64,000 nucleotides of DNA from Eledone cirrhosa (taxonomy: Eukaryota): the NCBI GenBank assembly GCA_964016885.1, contig OZ024750.1, positions 28,086,001 to 28,150,000 on the forward strand, written 5' to 3'. Below are positions 14,796-27,943 of the stretch, piece by piece. A program made the translations under genes and the position numbers. Each line of letters starts with the position of its first letter. Positions within the stretch are counted from its first letter, which is position 1. The notes below the pieces were generated by a model, which did no database searches, was not told the DNA's origin, and saw nothing but the letters and a program-made list of their open reading frames with translations.

Positions 14796-17700
14796 CGCAG
14801 CGGATCATCTAGATCGTACCTAGATAGATTTTTAGTTAGAAATAAGAACAGGGACTTTTTAAGCTGTCCAGAAATGCTCATGGTTGGCTATTCAGACCAC
14901 AAGTTGGTGACCTGCATGGTCAACCTTGATAGAACGCATAGACAGGGCCCCGGTTACTGGAAGCTCAACTTGTCCTTGCCGGCAAGTAGAGCCTACAGGA
15001 ATCGGATTAGTACGTTAGTTAAGGAACGGTTGACTGGAGCGATCGTCAACAGCAGGTGGTGGGTATCTCTAAAGAGAGAGATTAGAGTAGTCTCGATTGA
15101 ATTTAGTAAGGTTCTAGCTGCGGATAGGAATAGGAAGGAAAGGGAGCTAATAGATAGAGTAGAAGAGGCAATTAGAAGCGGCGACGTGGCCAGAGTGCTA
15201 GCGTCGAGAACGGCTTTGAGCCAGTTTTTCGACGCGAAGCACGAAGGTTGCGTTGTCCGAAGTAAAATACGTGCTCTAGGGAACGAGAGGACCAAAGCTG
15301 TTAGCTAGGCCCGCGTGACAGAGGCCAACAGTGGAACTAAATCCACCATCCGGTCTTTGCGAGACCTGGATGGACGGGCGATTCTTGAGCCTAAACAGAT
15401 GTGTGAGGCCTTTCAAAGGCACTTTGCCCGACTGTTCGGGAGGGGCGGGGAGCCGGTTGGGAACGTGGACTTCGGTCCATACCTCGACGGCCTACCGCGC
15501 CTCTCGGACAGGGAGGCGAAGTCCTGCGAGGAGCCGATTTCGGCCGCTGAGATAGAGGACGTGCTGAGCCAATGCGGCAAACGCAAATCCCCGGGTCTCG
15601 ATGGTCTTCCTTACGAATTATATCTAGCTATGTCGGACTTGTTCCCCGATCTCCTCGAGGCGGTCTACTGCAACTGGCAACAGAACGGGAGAATTCCCTG
15701 TACTGTGACCAAGGGCGTAGTCATGCTAGTGAGGAAGGACGAGAACAAGGGGGACGAAATAAGTAACTTCAGGCCCATAACTCTGCTAAATACAGAGTTA
15801 CAGATTTTGGCCAAGGTGCTAGCAAAGAGGTTGGCGCTTGTCGTGGGAAACCTGGTGGGAGATGCGCAGACATGCGCTATCCCGTCCAGGTCCATCCATG
15901 ACAACCTCCACCTCATGCGATACATCATAGAGAGGGTTGGGAACGAACCCGGCTTTGGTGGGGCTCTGATCAACTTGGATCAATCTAAGGCGTTCGATAG
16001 GGTCGACCATGGTTACCTGGATGCGGTGCAAGCGGCGGCAGGCTTCGGACCCGTTTTCAGGGGCTGGATCACTGCTATGCACAGCAGCCGCATCTGCTCT
16101 AGGGTCAAGGTGAACGGCTACCTCTCGGAGCCGTTCAAAATCGCGCGGTCCATCCGACAAGGGTGCCCTCTCTCCTCCCTTCTGTATGTGTTGACTCTCG
16201 AGCCACTACTGCGGAAGTTGGAGTTGTTGCAGGGCATCCCTTTGGAACCGGGATTGCGGAAAGCGGTGTCAGCCTACGCCGATGACGTGACAGTAATGGT
16301 GTCGACGGCCTCCGAAATCGAGGCGGTCGGCACCTTACTGGAGGAGTACGAAAAGTTCACAGGGGCTAAGCTGAACCGGGACAAGTCGATCGGTTTGCAA
16401 CTCGGCACGTGGAGGGGCAGACCGATGCCCTCCGATGGCGTCGTCGGACGCTGGACGGAGGGCCCGGTGAAGTTGCTCGGGGTCTGGTTCGGACCGGACC
16501 TCCAGGTGGAGAAAAACTGGGCGGAGGTTACGAACAGGGTGTTTGCACTGACCCAGAAGTGGGCCAGTTGCAAACTATCCCTGAAAGGTCGGGCGGAGGT
16601 GGCGAACACTTACATAGCGTCCGTCATCTACTACCGCCTGACCGTAGTGCCCTGCCCAAGGGAAACCCTCACCAAGATGGAGCGCGCGCTCTTCCAATTC
16701 CTTTGGAAGAGGCGGGCTCCTATGGTGAGGAGATCCATCTGCTGTCAACACCCTTCGAAAGGAGGGCTGGGGATGCCGTGGCTAATGATGCGTAAACACG
16801 CATTAAGGCTACGGCACCTCTACGTATTCCTCACCGGACAACCGGTGTGGGCCTCGTTTGTGAGACGAACCTTTCCCAGACTCGTCTCACTCACCGAGCT
16901 GCAATCCTGGGTCAAGCAAAGACCGAGAAAACTGGGCGCCTGGCACACTGAGTGTGCCCAGGCGCTCACCGCCCTCTGGCAGGCGGATCCGGTTATCAGT
17001 GGAGACTCCACCGCAACATTCTATAGAGGGCTGGTACGCAGCAGGTGCGACGACGCCCTCGGAGAAGCCCTAGACATGGAGGAGGACGAACTGGCCAGCC
17101 TGTTCGGTAGAACATTCAGCCCGGGACCTATGGACAAATTCCAGAAGTCCCTGGCCTGGCAGTGCTACCGAGGGGCTTTACCCGTTCGAGAAAGGCTCTA
17201 CAGACACGGGCGCCCGGGTAGGGACCCCGCCAAAAAGATCTGTCCCAGATGCGTGTGCGACGAGGAAACCGTTGCACACGCATTGGTACACTGCTCGGGC
17301 GTAGCCGATCTGTGGGGCTATGTCGAACAACTGCTGTCAAGGGTGGGACCGTTCCGGTTGACCACCGAGTCTATTGTAATGATCAAGCCGCCTCCCCCCT
17401 TCAAAGATGAAGCAGAGGCGGTGTTTCTGTGCGTAATAGCCATGGCGAAAGAGGTTGTATGGTGGACGCGTCTGAAAGGACTGAGGTCAGGCACCTTTCT
17501 CTCTGGCCAACAACTGGTCCGTTTCTTCCGATATCATTTCGGAAGAAGGATCAGGATGGAGAGAGAGGTGCTGCACCCCAGTCGTTTTTATGAAAGGTGG
17601 GTGAAAGTGGCGAGAATGGCCCGTGTGAATGGGCCTTCTCTTTACATAAGCCTGTAGGTGGAAAAGAGGAAGGAACGAGGGAGCACCCCCTCTCTGTGCT

Positions 17701-17941
17701 CCTGAGGAAAAGGGTTGCACACTTTTTTCGGGGGTGTGTGCGACCCCCCAAGGCGCCTCCTCTCTATTGAGGATTTTGTTATAAATTTTATTTTTTGTTA
17801 TATCTTATTTTATTTTTATATTTTGTTATTGCCTCCTCCTTATTGAGGACGCCTTTTTGTGTAAACTCCCCCCTTTGTACTTGTCCCACTTTTGATGCCC
17901 TAGTGGCAAATAAAAGAAACATATCTATCTATCTATCTATC
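14794..17941 (+). mobile_element. Tx1-clade LINE, 5'-truncated copy 1
   Basis: Begins inside the APE endonuclease (SYLDRF), continues through RT, 3'UTR, AATAAA (17909) and (TATC)5. Confidence 0.92.
14874..17657 (+). pseudogene. ORF2 of Tx1 copy 1 (endonuclease C-terminus, RT, CCHC finger); one premature stop
   Basis: SDHK, GYWKLN, KSPGLDG, RPITLLN, KAFDRV, RQGCPLS, YADD, CPRC..ETVAH...C motifs; TAG at 15306-15308 where copy 2 has TGG. Confidence 0.92.
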
Positions 17942-18144
17942 TTGATAGAGTAAGACACGCTTCGCATCGGCTCCGCTATTCCATCGGGATTTACCCTTAC
18001 TATTGTAAGTACCGGATAAATTTTTTAGTGCAACACATTTGGAACACTAACCCCTGTTATTTAGGGAAACATTTTTGCATTTACCCCCTTTTTAGGGGGT
18101 AAAATAAATATCTATTTTTGCCGAAAAATTTCTTTCTTGGCAGC

Positions 18145-19776
18145 ATGGCGGAAAAGATGGCAGACATGTCTGCCATTAGCTCTGCCACGCCCCCCAAGTC
18201 TGAAGAACAAAAAATAATTACAACAAAATTAGACATTGAAACAAACAAACAAAATGAAAAAACAAATGTTAAGGAAAATGAGCAAACAGAAAACAAACAA
18301 ACAGAAAATAATACAAATAACGACAGGGCAACTTTCGCCCAGAAAACAAAACAATCCATTACATACACACCAATTGACCTAACTGCCGCCAGAAAAAAAC
18401 TGGCCGAAGCAAAGAAACATATTGTTTTGGGGGAGAACGGAATGTTTTCCATTAACTCCCCCCCAGAATTCAAGAAAGCCAGAGCAGAAAACACAGTTCT
18501 ATACAGAACTATACTGAACCAGACAAGAAAGCCAGCACAGCCCAGCCAAATGGAAATAGAGTTAGTCCTAAAAGACTATATGAAGAATATTCTCTTCATA
18601 CGAAAGGACCGACTCTATGGCAGCATTTCGGTCCTAACAAGAGACAAAGAAACGGCGGAGAAGCTTTCCCTAAGCCCACTCTCGTCGACAACATATAGCT
18701 TCTATCCCTCCTACATGGGTAGAAGAACACAGAGAGTAAAAGTAAAAACAATGCTGCCCACAATGGACTTCTGGTGGGCTATTGCTGGCTTCATTGATAT
18801 GGGCGAAGACACTATGCTGTCAATGGGGAAGGCAACTGGAGATGCGTTCCTGGGAATGGGCCTCGACATACTAGTCCAAATGAGGCCCGAAAGAATAGCA
18901 CAAATCCCGGATCGCATCTGGCTGGATGACCTTACCCCAATAGACATAATTGTAGAGGGGAGAAGACCAGCATGCTATTTATGCATGGAAAGGGGACACG
19001 TTAAGGCTAACTGCCCGAAACGTATCCCCCAAAAAGGACTATTGCCCACACCCACCACAAACAGTACACCAGCACCACCCACCTCCAAAAATACACTAAT
19101 ACCACACACAGCAAACAAAATACAGACACCACCAACCACAAACACAACACAAACATCACCACCACCAGCACCAAACACAAGCACGACACAAAAATCACCA
19201 CCACCAACCACAACACAAACATCACCACCACCATCACCAACCACAAGCACGACACAAACATTACCACCACCACCACCACAAAACCCATTCCAAACAAATA
19301 ATAAAAAAAACAGTAACAAATCTACCCCTCCCGCAAAAAAAAAACAACCACACAACACGTCCCTCCCACCTAGCGCTGAAGAGTTTCCCCCAACTTCTGA
19401 AGAAGAAGGAGGAGAAGCCTTCAGACAAGTTAAAAGAAAAAAAAGAAAACACACACCCAGCACACCACAAATAACCCACACACAAACACCAACTCCAATC
19501 AAAAACACCCCACCCTCAACAAACAAAAATAAATCTGCGCCTCCCCTCTCCGAAACATTGACAGCATCACAAAAAAAGACGTTGCAATACACATATATAA
19601 ATAAAGAAAACAAAAAACTGGTTAAATTAATAAACAATAACCCTATGGTGCAGACCGAAGGGCCAAACTTTATCTCAACAGAGAACTTCACCCATTTAAA
19701 AATGATAAAGGTCCCTCTGGACCTTTATCGTTCCTTAAAAGAACAATTTAGACGGGACGTGAGCCCCCCTGTTTAA
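18145..19776 (+). CDS. LINE ORF1 protein with gag-like zinc knuckle and Pro/Thr-rich region
   Basis: First ATG at 18145; CYLCMERGHVKANC (CX2CX4HX4C); lies upstream of ORF2. Confidence 0.85.
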   Translation: MAEKMADMSAISSATPPKSEEQKIITTKLDIETNKQNEKTNVKENEQTENKQTENNTNNDRATFAQKTKQSITYTPIDLTAARKKLAEAKKHIVLGENGMFSINSPPEFKKARAENTVLYRTILNQTRKPAQPSQMEIELVLKDYMKNILFIRKDRLYGSISVLTRDKETAEKLSLSPLSSTTYSFYPSYMGRRTQRVKVKTMLPTMDFWWAIAGFIDMGEDTMLSMGKATGDAFLGMGLDILVQMRPERIAQIPDRIWLDDLTPIDIIVEGRRPACYLCMERGHVKANCPKRIPQKGLLPTPTTNSTPAPPTSKNTLIPHTANKIQTPPTTNTTQTSPPPAPNTSTTQKSPPPTTTQTSPPPSPTTSTTQTLPPPPPQNPFQTNNKKNSNKSTPPAKKKQPHNTSLPPSAEEFPPTSEEEGGEAFRQVKRKKRKHTPSTPQITHTQTPTPIKNTPPSTNKNKSAPPLSETLTASQKKTLQYTYINKENKKLVKLINNNPMVQTEGPNFISTENFTHLKMIKVPLDLYRSLKEQFRRDVSPPV

Positions 19777-19984
19777 AACCGTTGAATCGCGTCCTCTTGA
19801 AAGATTTCCCCATAACCGCCCCTCTCCCTGACACAACTCCAAATACCCCAACCCCACCACACACGTGTACCCCCACACCACCACAAAACATCCCTCCACC
19901 CAACACACCTGATGCCATGGAAATTACGCAACCCGGAGAGGTAAGTGCTTTTCTTTCTTCACTTTCAACACCAAAATAGATCAA

Positions 19985-22900
19985 TTGAGAGTTGGCTGTT
20001 TGAACGCGCGTGGCCTGGGCTCAGCTTGGAAGCAAGCAAAGCTTCTAAGTGACCTCAGGTCACAAAGTATAGATGTGATGGTTGTTTGCGAGAGTCGGAT
20101 CAGCAGCGTGAGACAGCTGGCGCCCGCCTTCGATGACTTTGAGATGCACGCATCTCTCTGTCAACCCGGAGGCGGGGGGGAGGGGGAGTTGCCGTACTGC
20201 TGGATAAACGTCTGACTCTCGACGTACAGATTGTTCACTCGGACCCGGGGGGTCGATTACTGGTGCTGGACGTCGGAGGCGGTGAAGGCGGGGCTTTCAG
20301 ACTGGTCGGTCTTTATGCTCCCTTCGGGGCGGAAAGAGCCGACTTCTTCCAGCGTCTGGAGACTTTTCTAGGAACGTCGCGTTCCCTGCTTTTAGTGGGG
20401 GACTGGAATGGAATCCTAGATGCGCGTTGGGACTATGCAGGGGCATGTCCCGATAGAGGGGGGTGTAGCAGCCTCAAGGGGTTACTCGATCGATTCGACC
20501 TGGTCGATAGATTTCGACTAGATTGTCCAACTGCGCCAACCTGGACCTGGGCAAACCGCAGTGGACAATCTAGATCGTACCTAGATAGGTTTTTGGTTAG
20601 GAGTAAGGATAGGGACGTATTTAGTTGTCCAGAACTGATCATGGTTGGCTATTCAGATCACAAATTAGTGACCTGCGTGGTCAACCTTGATAGAACGCAT
20701 AGACAGGGTCCCGGTTACTGGAAGATGAACTTGTCCTTACCGACAAAGAAAGATTACAGAAACCGGATTAGTTAAGATGCGGTTGACAGGAGCGATCGTC
20801 AACAGTAGGTGGTGGATATCTCTAAAGAGAGAGATTAGAGTAAGTTCGATAGGTTACAGTAAGGAACTAGCGGCGAATAGAAATAGGAGGGAAAGGGAGT
20901 TAACAGATAAACTAGAAGAGGCGATTAGGAGCGGAGACGTAGCCAGAGTGTTAGCGACGAGAACGGCATTGAGCCAGTTCTTTGACGCGAAGCACGAAGG
21001 CTGCGTTGTCCGAAGTAAAATACGTGCTTTAGGAAACGAGGGGACCAAAGCTGTTAGCTGGGCCCGCGTGACAGAAGCCAAGAGTGGGATTAAATCCACC
21101 ATTCGGTCTTTGCGAGACCAGGATGGACGGGTGATCCTTGAACCTGAGCGAATGTGCGAGACCTTTCAAAGGCACTTTGCTCGACTGTTCGGAGGTGGCG
21201 GGGGGCCGGACGGGGATGTGGACTTCGGTCCATACCTCGACGGTCTACCGCGTCTTTCGAGCGGCGAAGCGGAGTGCTGCGAAAGGCCAATCACAGCCAC
21301 TGAAATCGGGGAAGCGCTCAGCCAATGCAGCAGACGCAAATCCCCGGGTCTCGATGGTCTACCATACGAACTTTATTTAGCTATGCCGGTCTTGTTCTCC
21401 GAACTCCTCGAGGCTGTCTATTGCAACTGGCAACAGAACGGGAGAATTCCCTGTTATGTGACCAAGGGCGTGGTCACGCTAGTGAGGAAGGACGAGAGCA
21501 AGGGGGACGACTTAAGTAACTTTAGGCCCATAACTCTGCTGAATGCAGAGTTACAGATTTTGGCCAAGGTGTTGGCGAAGAGGTTGGCGCTTGTGGTGGG
21601 TGGTTTGGTGGGAGACGCGCAGACATGCGCTATCCCCTCCAGGTCCATTCACGACAACCTCCACCTCATGCGATACATCATAGAGAGGGTTGGCTACGAA
21701 CCCGGCTTTGGTGGGGCCCTGATCAACTTGGATCAATCTAAGGCGTTCGATAGGGTCGACCATGGTTACCTGGATGCGGTGCTAGCGGCGGCGGGCTTCG
21801 GACCCGTTTTCAGGGGCTGGATTTCTGCCATGCACAGTGGCAACATCTACTCTAGGATTAAAGTAAACGGCTACCTCTCGGAGCCGTTTCAAATCACCCG
21901 ATCCATCAGACAGGGGTGCCCCCTCTCCTCCCTTCTGTACGTATTGACTCTCGAGCCACTGCTGCGGAAGTTGGAGTTGCTGCGGGGCATAACCCTGGAA
22001 CCGGGATTGCACAAAGCGGTCTCGGCCTATGCCGACGACGTAACAGCAATGGTGGCGGACGCCTCGGAAATCGGGGCGATCGCCACCCTACTGGAGGAAT
22101 ACGAAAGGCTGACGGGGGCTAAGCTGAACCAGGACAAGTCAGTCGGTTTGCAACTCGGAACGTGGAGGGGCAAACCGATGCCGTTAGACGGTGTCGTCGG
22201 GCGGTGGACGGAGGGCCCGGTGAAGCTGCTCGGGGTCTGGTTCGGACCGGACCTCCAGGTGGAGAAGAATTGGGGCGAGGTGACGAGCAGGGTGTTTGCG
22301 CTGACCCAGAAGTGGGCCAAGTGCAAACTATCACTGAAAGGTCGGGCGGAGGTGACGAACGCTTACATAGCGTCCGTCATCTACTACCGCCTGACCGTCG
22401 TGCCTTGCCCCAAGGAAAAGCTCACCATCATGGAACGCATGCTCTTCCAGTTCCTCTGGAAGAAGCGGCCTCCCATGGTGAGGAGATCCATCTGCTGCCA
22501 GCACCCTTCGAAAGGAGGGCTGGGTATGCCGTGGCTGTTGATGCGTAGGCACGCATTGAGGCTACGGCATCTACAGGTATTCCTCAACGGTCAGCCGGTG
22601 TGGGCCCCGTTTGTGAGGCGAGCCTTCCCACAGCTCGTCTCGCTCACCGAACTGCAATCCTGGGTGAAGCAAAGACCGAGAAAACTGGGCAACTGGCACA
22701 CCGAGTGTGCCCAGGCGCTCACGGCTATCTGGCAAGCGGACCCGACTGTCAGTGGAGAATCCACCTCGACATTCTATAGAGGGTTGGTGGCTAGCAGGGG
22801 CGACGACACCCTTGGAGAGTCGCTAGGCATGGAGGAGGACGAACTGGCCAGCCTGTTCGGTAGAACTTTCGGCCCGGGACCCATGGACAACATCCAGAGG

Positions 22901-23410
22901 TCCCTAGCCTGGCAGTGTTACCGGGGGGCTCTGCCCGTTCGAGAAAAGCTCTACAGACACAGGCGCCCGGGCAGGGATCCCGCGAAAAAGATCTGTCCCA
23001 GATGCGTGCGCGACGAGGAAACCGTTGCGCATGCACTGGTACACTGCCCGGGCGTTGCCGATCTGTGGGGCTACGTCGAACGACTGCTGTCGCGTGTGGC
23101 GCCGATTCGATTAACCGCCGAGTCTGTGGTGAACATCAAGCCACCTCCTCCCTTCAGAAATGAAGCAGAGGCGGTCTTTCTGTGCGTAATAGCCATGATG
23201 AAAGAGGTTGTGTGGTGGACGCGCCTGAAAGGTCTGAGGTCGGGTGACTTTCTCTCCGGCCATCACCTGGTTTACTTCTTCCGATACCACTTCGGAAGAA
23301 GGATCAGGATGGAGAGAGAAGTGCTTGGCCCCAGACAGTTTTATGAAAGGTGGGTGAAAGAAGCGAGAATGGCTCGTGTAAATGGGCCTTCTCTCTACAT
23401 TGTTCTGTAG
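19985..23410 (+). pseudogene. ORF2 of Tx1 copy 2 (APE endonuclease, reverse transcriptase, CCHC), two frameshifts
   Basis: LNARGL, LYAP, GDWN, YLDRF, SDH endonuclease motifs and YADD RT motif; frameshifts at the G-run near 20175 and an 8-bp deletion near 20772. Confidence 0.92.
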
Positions 23411-23666
23411 GTGAAGAAGTGAAGAGGAAAGGGGGAGCGCCTCCTCTCTGGGCTTCCCCTGCGAAAAGGGTTGCACACTTTTCGGGGGTATGTGCAATCC
23501 CGAACACGCCCCCTCCCTTTTGAGGACTTTTTATTATTATATTATTATTGTTATTCCTTTTTCTTTACTCGAATTATGTAAACTCCCCCACTGTGTATTT
23601 GTCCCCTTCTTTTGTGCCCTCGTGGCAAATAAATAGAAATTTATCTATCTATCTATCTATCTATCC

Positions 23667-23697
<31 letters not shown>

Positions 23698-23750
23698 CAT
23701 ACAATTCAATGATATTAAATAAATGGAAACTATATTTATAAAACCATATT

Positions 23751-23813
23751 TATTCTATTATATATATATTTCAAGGGTACCAAAACTTTGGTACGCACTC
23801 ATCAGATAAAATA
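23751..23813 (-). ncRNA. Minimal type-I hammerhead motif
   Basis: Minus strand: TATTTTAT-CTGATGA-GTGCGTACCAAA..TTTGGTACCCTT-GAAA-TATATATA-TA-ATAGAATA. Confidence 0.65.
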
Positions 23814-24029
23814 CAAAGTATGTTTTATAAATATTGACATATCCAGGAAAGAAAAACTTAATGGTTCAAGTTTTTCCTGGATAGTAAAGGAAAGAGAGGA
23901 AAAGTCAAATATTTCAAATATTTAAGATGAGTATGCAAATAAGGTTGAGGTATAGGGCTGAAAAAAACGTTATTTTTTTAGTATTCTGGTGCGTTATGGT
24001 CCATCTGGATCCTTACCAACCTCCTTCGT

Positions 24030-24122
<93 letters not shown>

Positions 24123-24469
24123 GGTAAACAGAAATAACAACACAATCGGTACAGTATATGATATTAAGTTAACGCTTGAAATAGCAGGAAGAGGGTCTTA
24201 ACATTTCGGGTGCTAGTCCTTCATCAGAAGAAAAAAATGAGAAAAAGATAGATTGAGGAGACGGGCGGGTTGGAGTTGGAAAAAAATGTCTTTAGATAAA
24301 AATAACAGGTCCATTCATGTTGACATCATTTGGAAAACTGTTGGTGCTGGCGTTTTGTGTATGATTTATTTTTTAGAAAAGTGGATGATGGAGCGCGTCT
24401 ACCTGAAATGGAAACAAAAAACGTTTTATAAAAAGAGCTATACTTGTGCACGTGCGTAAGCATGTGTGT

Positions 24470-24515
<46 letters not shown>

Positions 24516-25823
24516 TATTATACATCCTTCCGAAGCTAAGAAGAAATGTGTGTGTATATGTAAGTAAAAGAGTGTGTGTGCTTGTAAGTACGAACCTATG
24601 AGCAAGAGTATGTTAATATAAGTGTGTGTATGTTTGTATACAGAGCAGTGAAGGGAAAAGTGGAGTGAGCATATATAGTCATTCTGTAATGTACGCGTAT
24701 GTGTATGTGCGTTCGCGTGTGTATACATTCTCTTACGTGTAGAGACAACGCAGAAATAGACAAAAGGAAGTGTTAAACACCATGTTTTATTGTGCAGTAA
24801 GTTATTTCAAAGAAGGTTTTCTTTCATATTGTAATTTATTTCTAAGATAATGATCACTGGCGAGAGGAAATATAATGAGGAATGTATAAGGTGTGTGAGA
24901 ACTAGGAGGAAGAAATCCCGTCGAGGTCAACTTTGCCTTTCATCCTTTCGATGTCGATAAATAAAATATCACTTAAGTACTGGCGCCTATTCTTCCTCTA
25001 TATTTCTTTCTCAAATCCACTCTCTCGCTTTCTATTCTTCTTTGGAAGAAATCTGGAAGAAATCTACTCCAAATTTAGAATGTATTCCATTCCAGAAGAA
25101 CTTCTGACTCACTACAAAGTTCAAGGAAAAGAACATCAGAAAGAAGGCAATCTAGTCAGTTAACAGTGACTCACCCAGCAATAAATACCAGTTTCTAGCC
25201 CACAGAGCTATTGCCCCTTCACTTCTACTATAACTCACCCACCACTAAATATTCCAGCTGCTGTCCTCTTACTTTACTCGTTATTTCTACTATAACCCCT
25301 TTGCCTCTTATTTGATTATTTACATCACCAACCAAGACCTTCATCACACCCAGCTCTCCTCTTCTTTCCACTCATTCTACAGCAAACACACCCAACTCTC
25401 CTCTTCTCTTAACTCATTCTAAATCAACTACTAGTGCGTTAACAAACACTTTTGACTAATTCTTCCTAATCAGAAAAAGTTAGTCGGATTTCGTTCCTGT
25501 CCATGTTTTCAATGCAGTCTTTGATTTATAGATGTCCAAGCTGAATTTCAGCTGCATCGATCTGATATGTCTTGGAGAACCTGTGAAGGCCATAAAAAGA
25601 CAATCAATCTGCTGAATAAAATTCTTGAAAAACTGAGGGCTAAAAACTTCTGAAAGTAAACAAACTCCCCATTGTGTATATTGTGCATATTGTGTATGAA
25701 AATGTCATAACATTTAAATAAATATCGAAAAATACAATTCAGAAACCCTATTGTCCTAAAATAATAATTTTCTTTTCGTTTTTTTTGTAAAATTTCTCAA
25801 ATTAAAAGAGAGGGAAATCCAGA

Positions 25824-25888
<65 letters not shown>

Positions 25889-26282
25889 GAAATAGAGGGG
25901 AGGAATCGACATCAGTACCGGACGGCAACATTGTTATCGACCTTGAGAAAAATGAATGATAAAGTTGACCTCGGAGGGATTTGAACTCAGAACACTGTTA
26001 GTCAGAACTAATACCGAGCCATTTAACACCGCACCCTAACAAATCTACCAATTCACCGCCTTTGAGTTAAATTACTTAAAAGAAAATCGCATTTTTTATC
26101 AGATCACTGACCCCGTAATACAATATTAGTCACCACGCCCAGCCAGGGGTATCTGTTACCACATCAGTTCCACATTTTTTCTCTTTCTATGGTTTGAAGG
26201 TGACCCGACATTTTAGGAAAACAGAGGCTCATTTTCCAGCTTACAACCTTAGTTCCTAGTGGAAAATATATATATATATAAC

Positions 26283-26582
26283 TATTATAATGAAATGACA
26301 GGAGGCTGGATTTGTGTAAATCCTTGAAAGGTTTATTATACTATGATCATTTCAATGACCGGGTTCCGTATGAATCCGGTGATATCATCAGGTATTCGAA
26401 ATATAATAAATGAATGTAATAGATAAAATCCATGGATTTTATCTATTACATTCACGTATTATATTTCGAATACCTGATGATATCACTGGATTCATACGGA
26501 ACCCGGTCATTGAAATAATCATAGTATAATAAACCTTTCAAGGATTTACACAAATCCAGCCTCCTGTCATTTCATTATAATA
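26283..26582. repeat. 300-bp spacerless palindrome carrying two divergent hammerheads (26338-26395 minus, 26470-26527 plus)
   Basis: Arms are reverse complements around CCA|TGG at 26432/26433 with only a few mismatches. Confidence 0.9.
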
Positions 26583-27207
26583 TTTAACTCCGTAATAGCA
26601 CCACCAACTACAAAAACAAAGACGGTTGAACTGCCTTACGTTGAGTACTCTCTATATTATTGCATTACGATTGACTATACGGAATAGACCAGCTCTATAC
26701 AGTGGTAAACCTCAAACCTGAATATATATATATAACTATATATGTACAAGTTTTTTTTATTTTTTTTTTTATGTTTCATGAGGTTAAAGGCTGGCCTATC
26801 TTACTATCTGATGAACAGAAGTAAACATACACACACGTACACCAGGTCCGAACAGGGAGGAGCAGGGAGGAGCCGAACTCCCACTGTCATCGCCTCGGTC
26901 TCTCTCACCCTCCCCATCTCTCACTATTATGAGCAAATGGGGTCCCATGCGCTGACCACTCCACGGCCCCAGCGGAGAGAATTTTACCCCACATTCTGGA
27001 ATACCTTCAAACCCCACTCATTTCTTGTGTGCTGCTCCTTCGAGTGTTTGTATGTTTTGTCCATCACTAACACAGACACTCATATCACACTCTGTGCTAC
27101 ACAATACTTCAATATTGCCACATAAACTTCCTCCTACTACCTGTTGACACTACCCACCTCCTCCTCCTCGCTTAACTCACACTTACACACTGATCTCGTC
27201 ACAAATA

Positions 27208-27390
27208 CTTGTTTCTACTTTAGGCACAAGGCCAGCAATTACCCAGTACCCTACTGGTACTTTATTTTATCGACCCCGTAAGGATGAAAGGCAAAGTTAA
27301 CCTCGGCGGAGATTTGAACTCAGACTGTAAAGGGACGTAACTATGCTAGAAAGCATGGCGCCCAACTCTCTACCGATACTGCCAATTCAC
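27208..27390 (-). mobile_element. tRNA-derived SINE, family 1
   Basis: Shared body and B-box. Confidence 0.8.
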
Positions 27391-27577
27391 GTTTCCGAAG
27401 AAGACGGCTTGATCGAACCTATACATGATATCTGATAGTATACAGTTATATAACTGCTATAGATTAGTCAATATGTCAATATGTCAATATGATCAACCCT
27501 CCGAAACGATCGTAGAACAATGATATGAATAGATAAAATAACTTGACTTTGTTAATATTTTCATAGTTAAATTAATA

Positions 27578-27623
<46 letters not shown>

Positions 27624-27637
27624 GTGTGTGTGTGTGT

Positions 27638-27721
<84 letters not shown>

Positions 27722-27881
27722 GACAACTGAGAGAAAAGAGCGCTCAATAGCGAAGGTTAAATAGTGATCTGTATTACTGTGGTGTTTCCCCCTATTTATC
27801 ACAGTTTCATGAGTCGAAGCTCATGTCTAATGACAATATGATAAACAAGCGAAGATATGTATAGATAAATATGTTTATTTA

Positions 27882-27943
<62 letters not shown>

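Larger units (their letters stand above)
17942..23665 (+). mobile_element. Tx1-clade LINE, apparently full-length copy 2 (about 5.7 kb)
   Basis: 5'UTR, ORF1, ORF2 (APE-RT-CCHC), 3'UTR, AATAAA (23628), (TATC)6. Confidence 0.93.

Noticed and set aside
19941-19979. GTAAGT...TAG 39-nt mini-intron before LINE ORF2
   Set aside because: Splicing from ATG 19917 reaches TGA two codons later and does not enter the ORF2 frame
15331-23507. Alternative-frame and antisense ORFs within the LINEs
   Set aside because: By-products of GC-rich RT coding sequence with no recognisable motifs
24195-24230. Minus-strand CTGATGA-AGG..CCC-GAAA-TGT-TA hammerhead-like motif
   Set aside because: Stems I and III pair poorly; probably a decayed relic
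25478-25649. Possible minus-strand terminal exon (VFSPQFFKNFIQQID...)
   Set aside because: An acceptor-like site is present but there is no recognisable homology or partner exon
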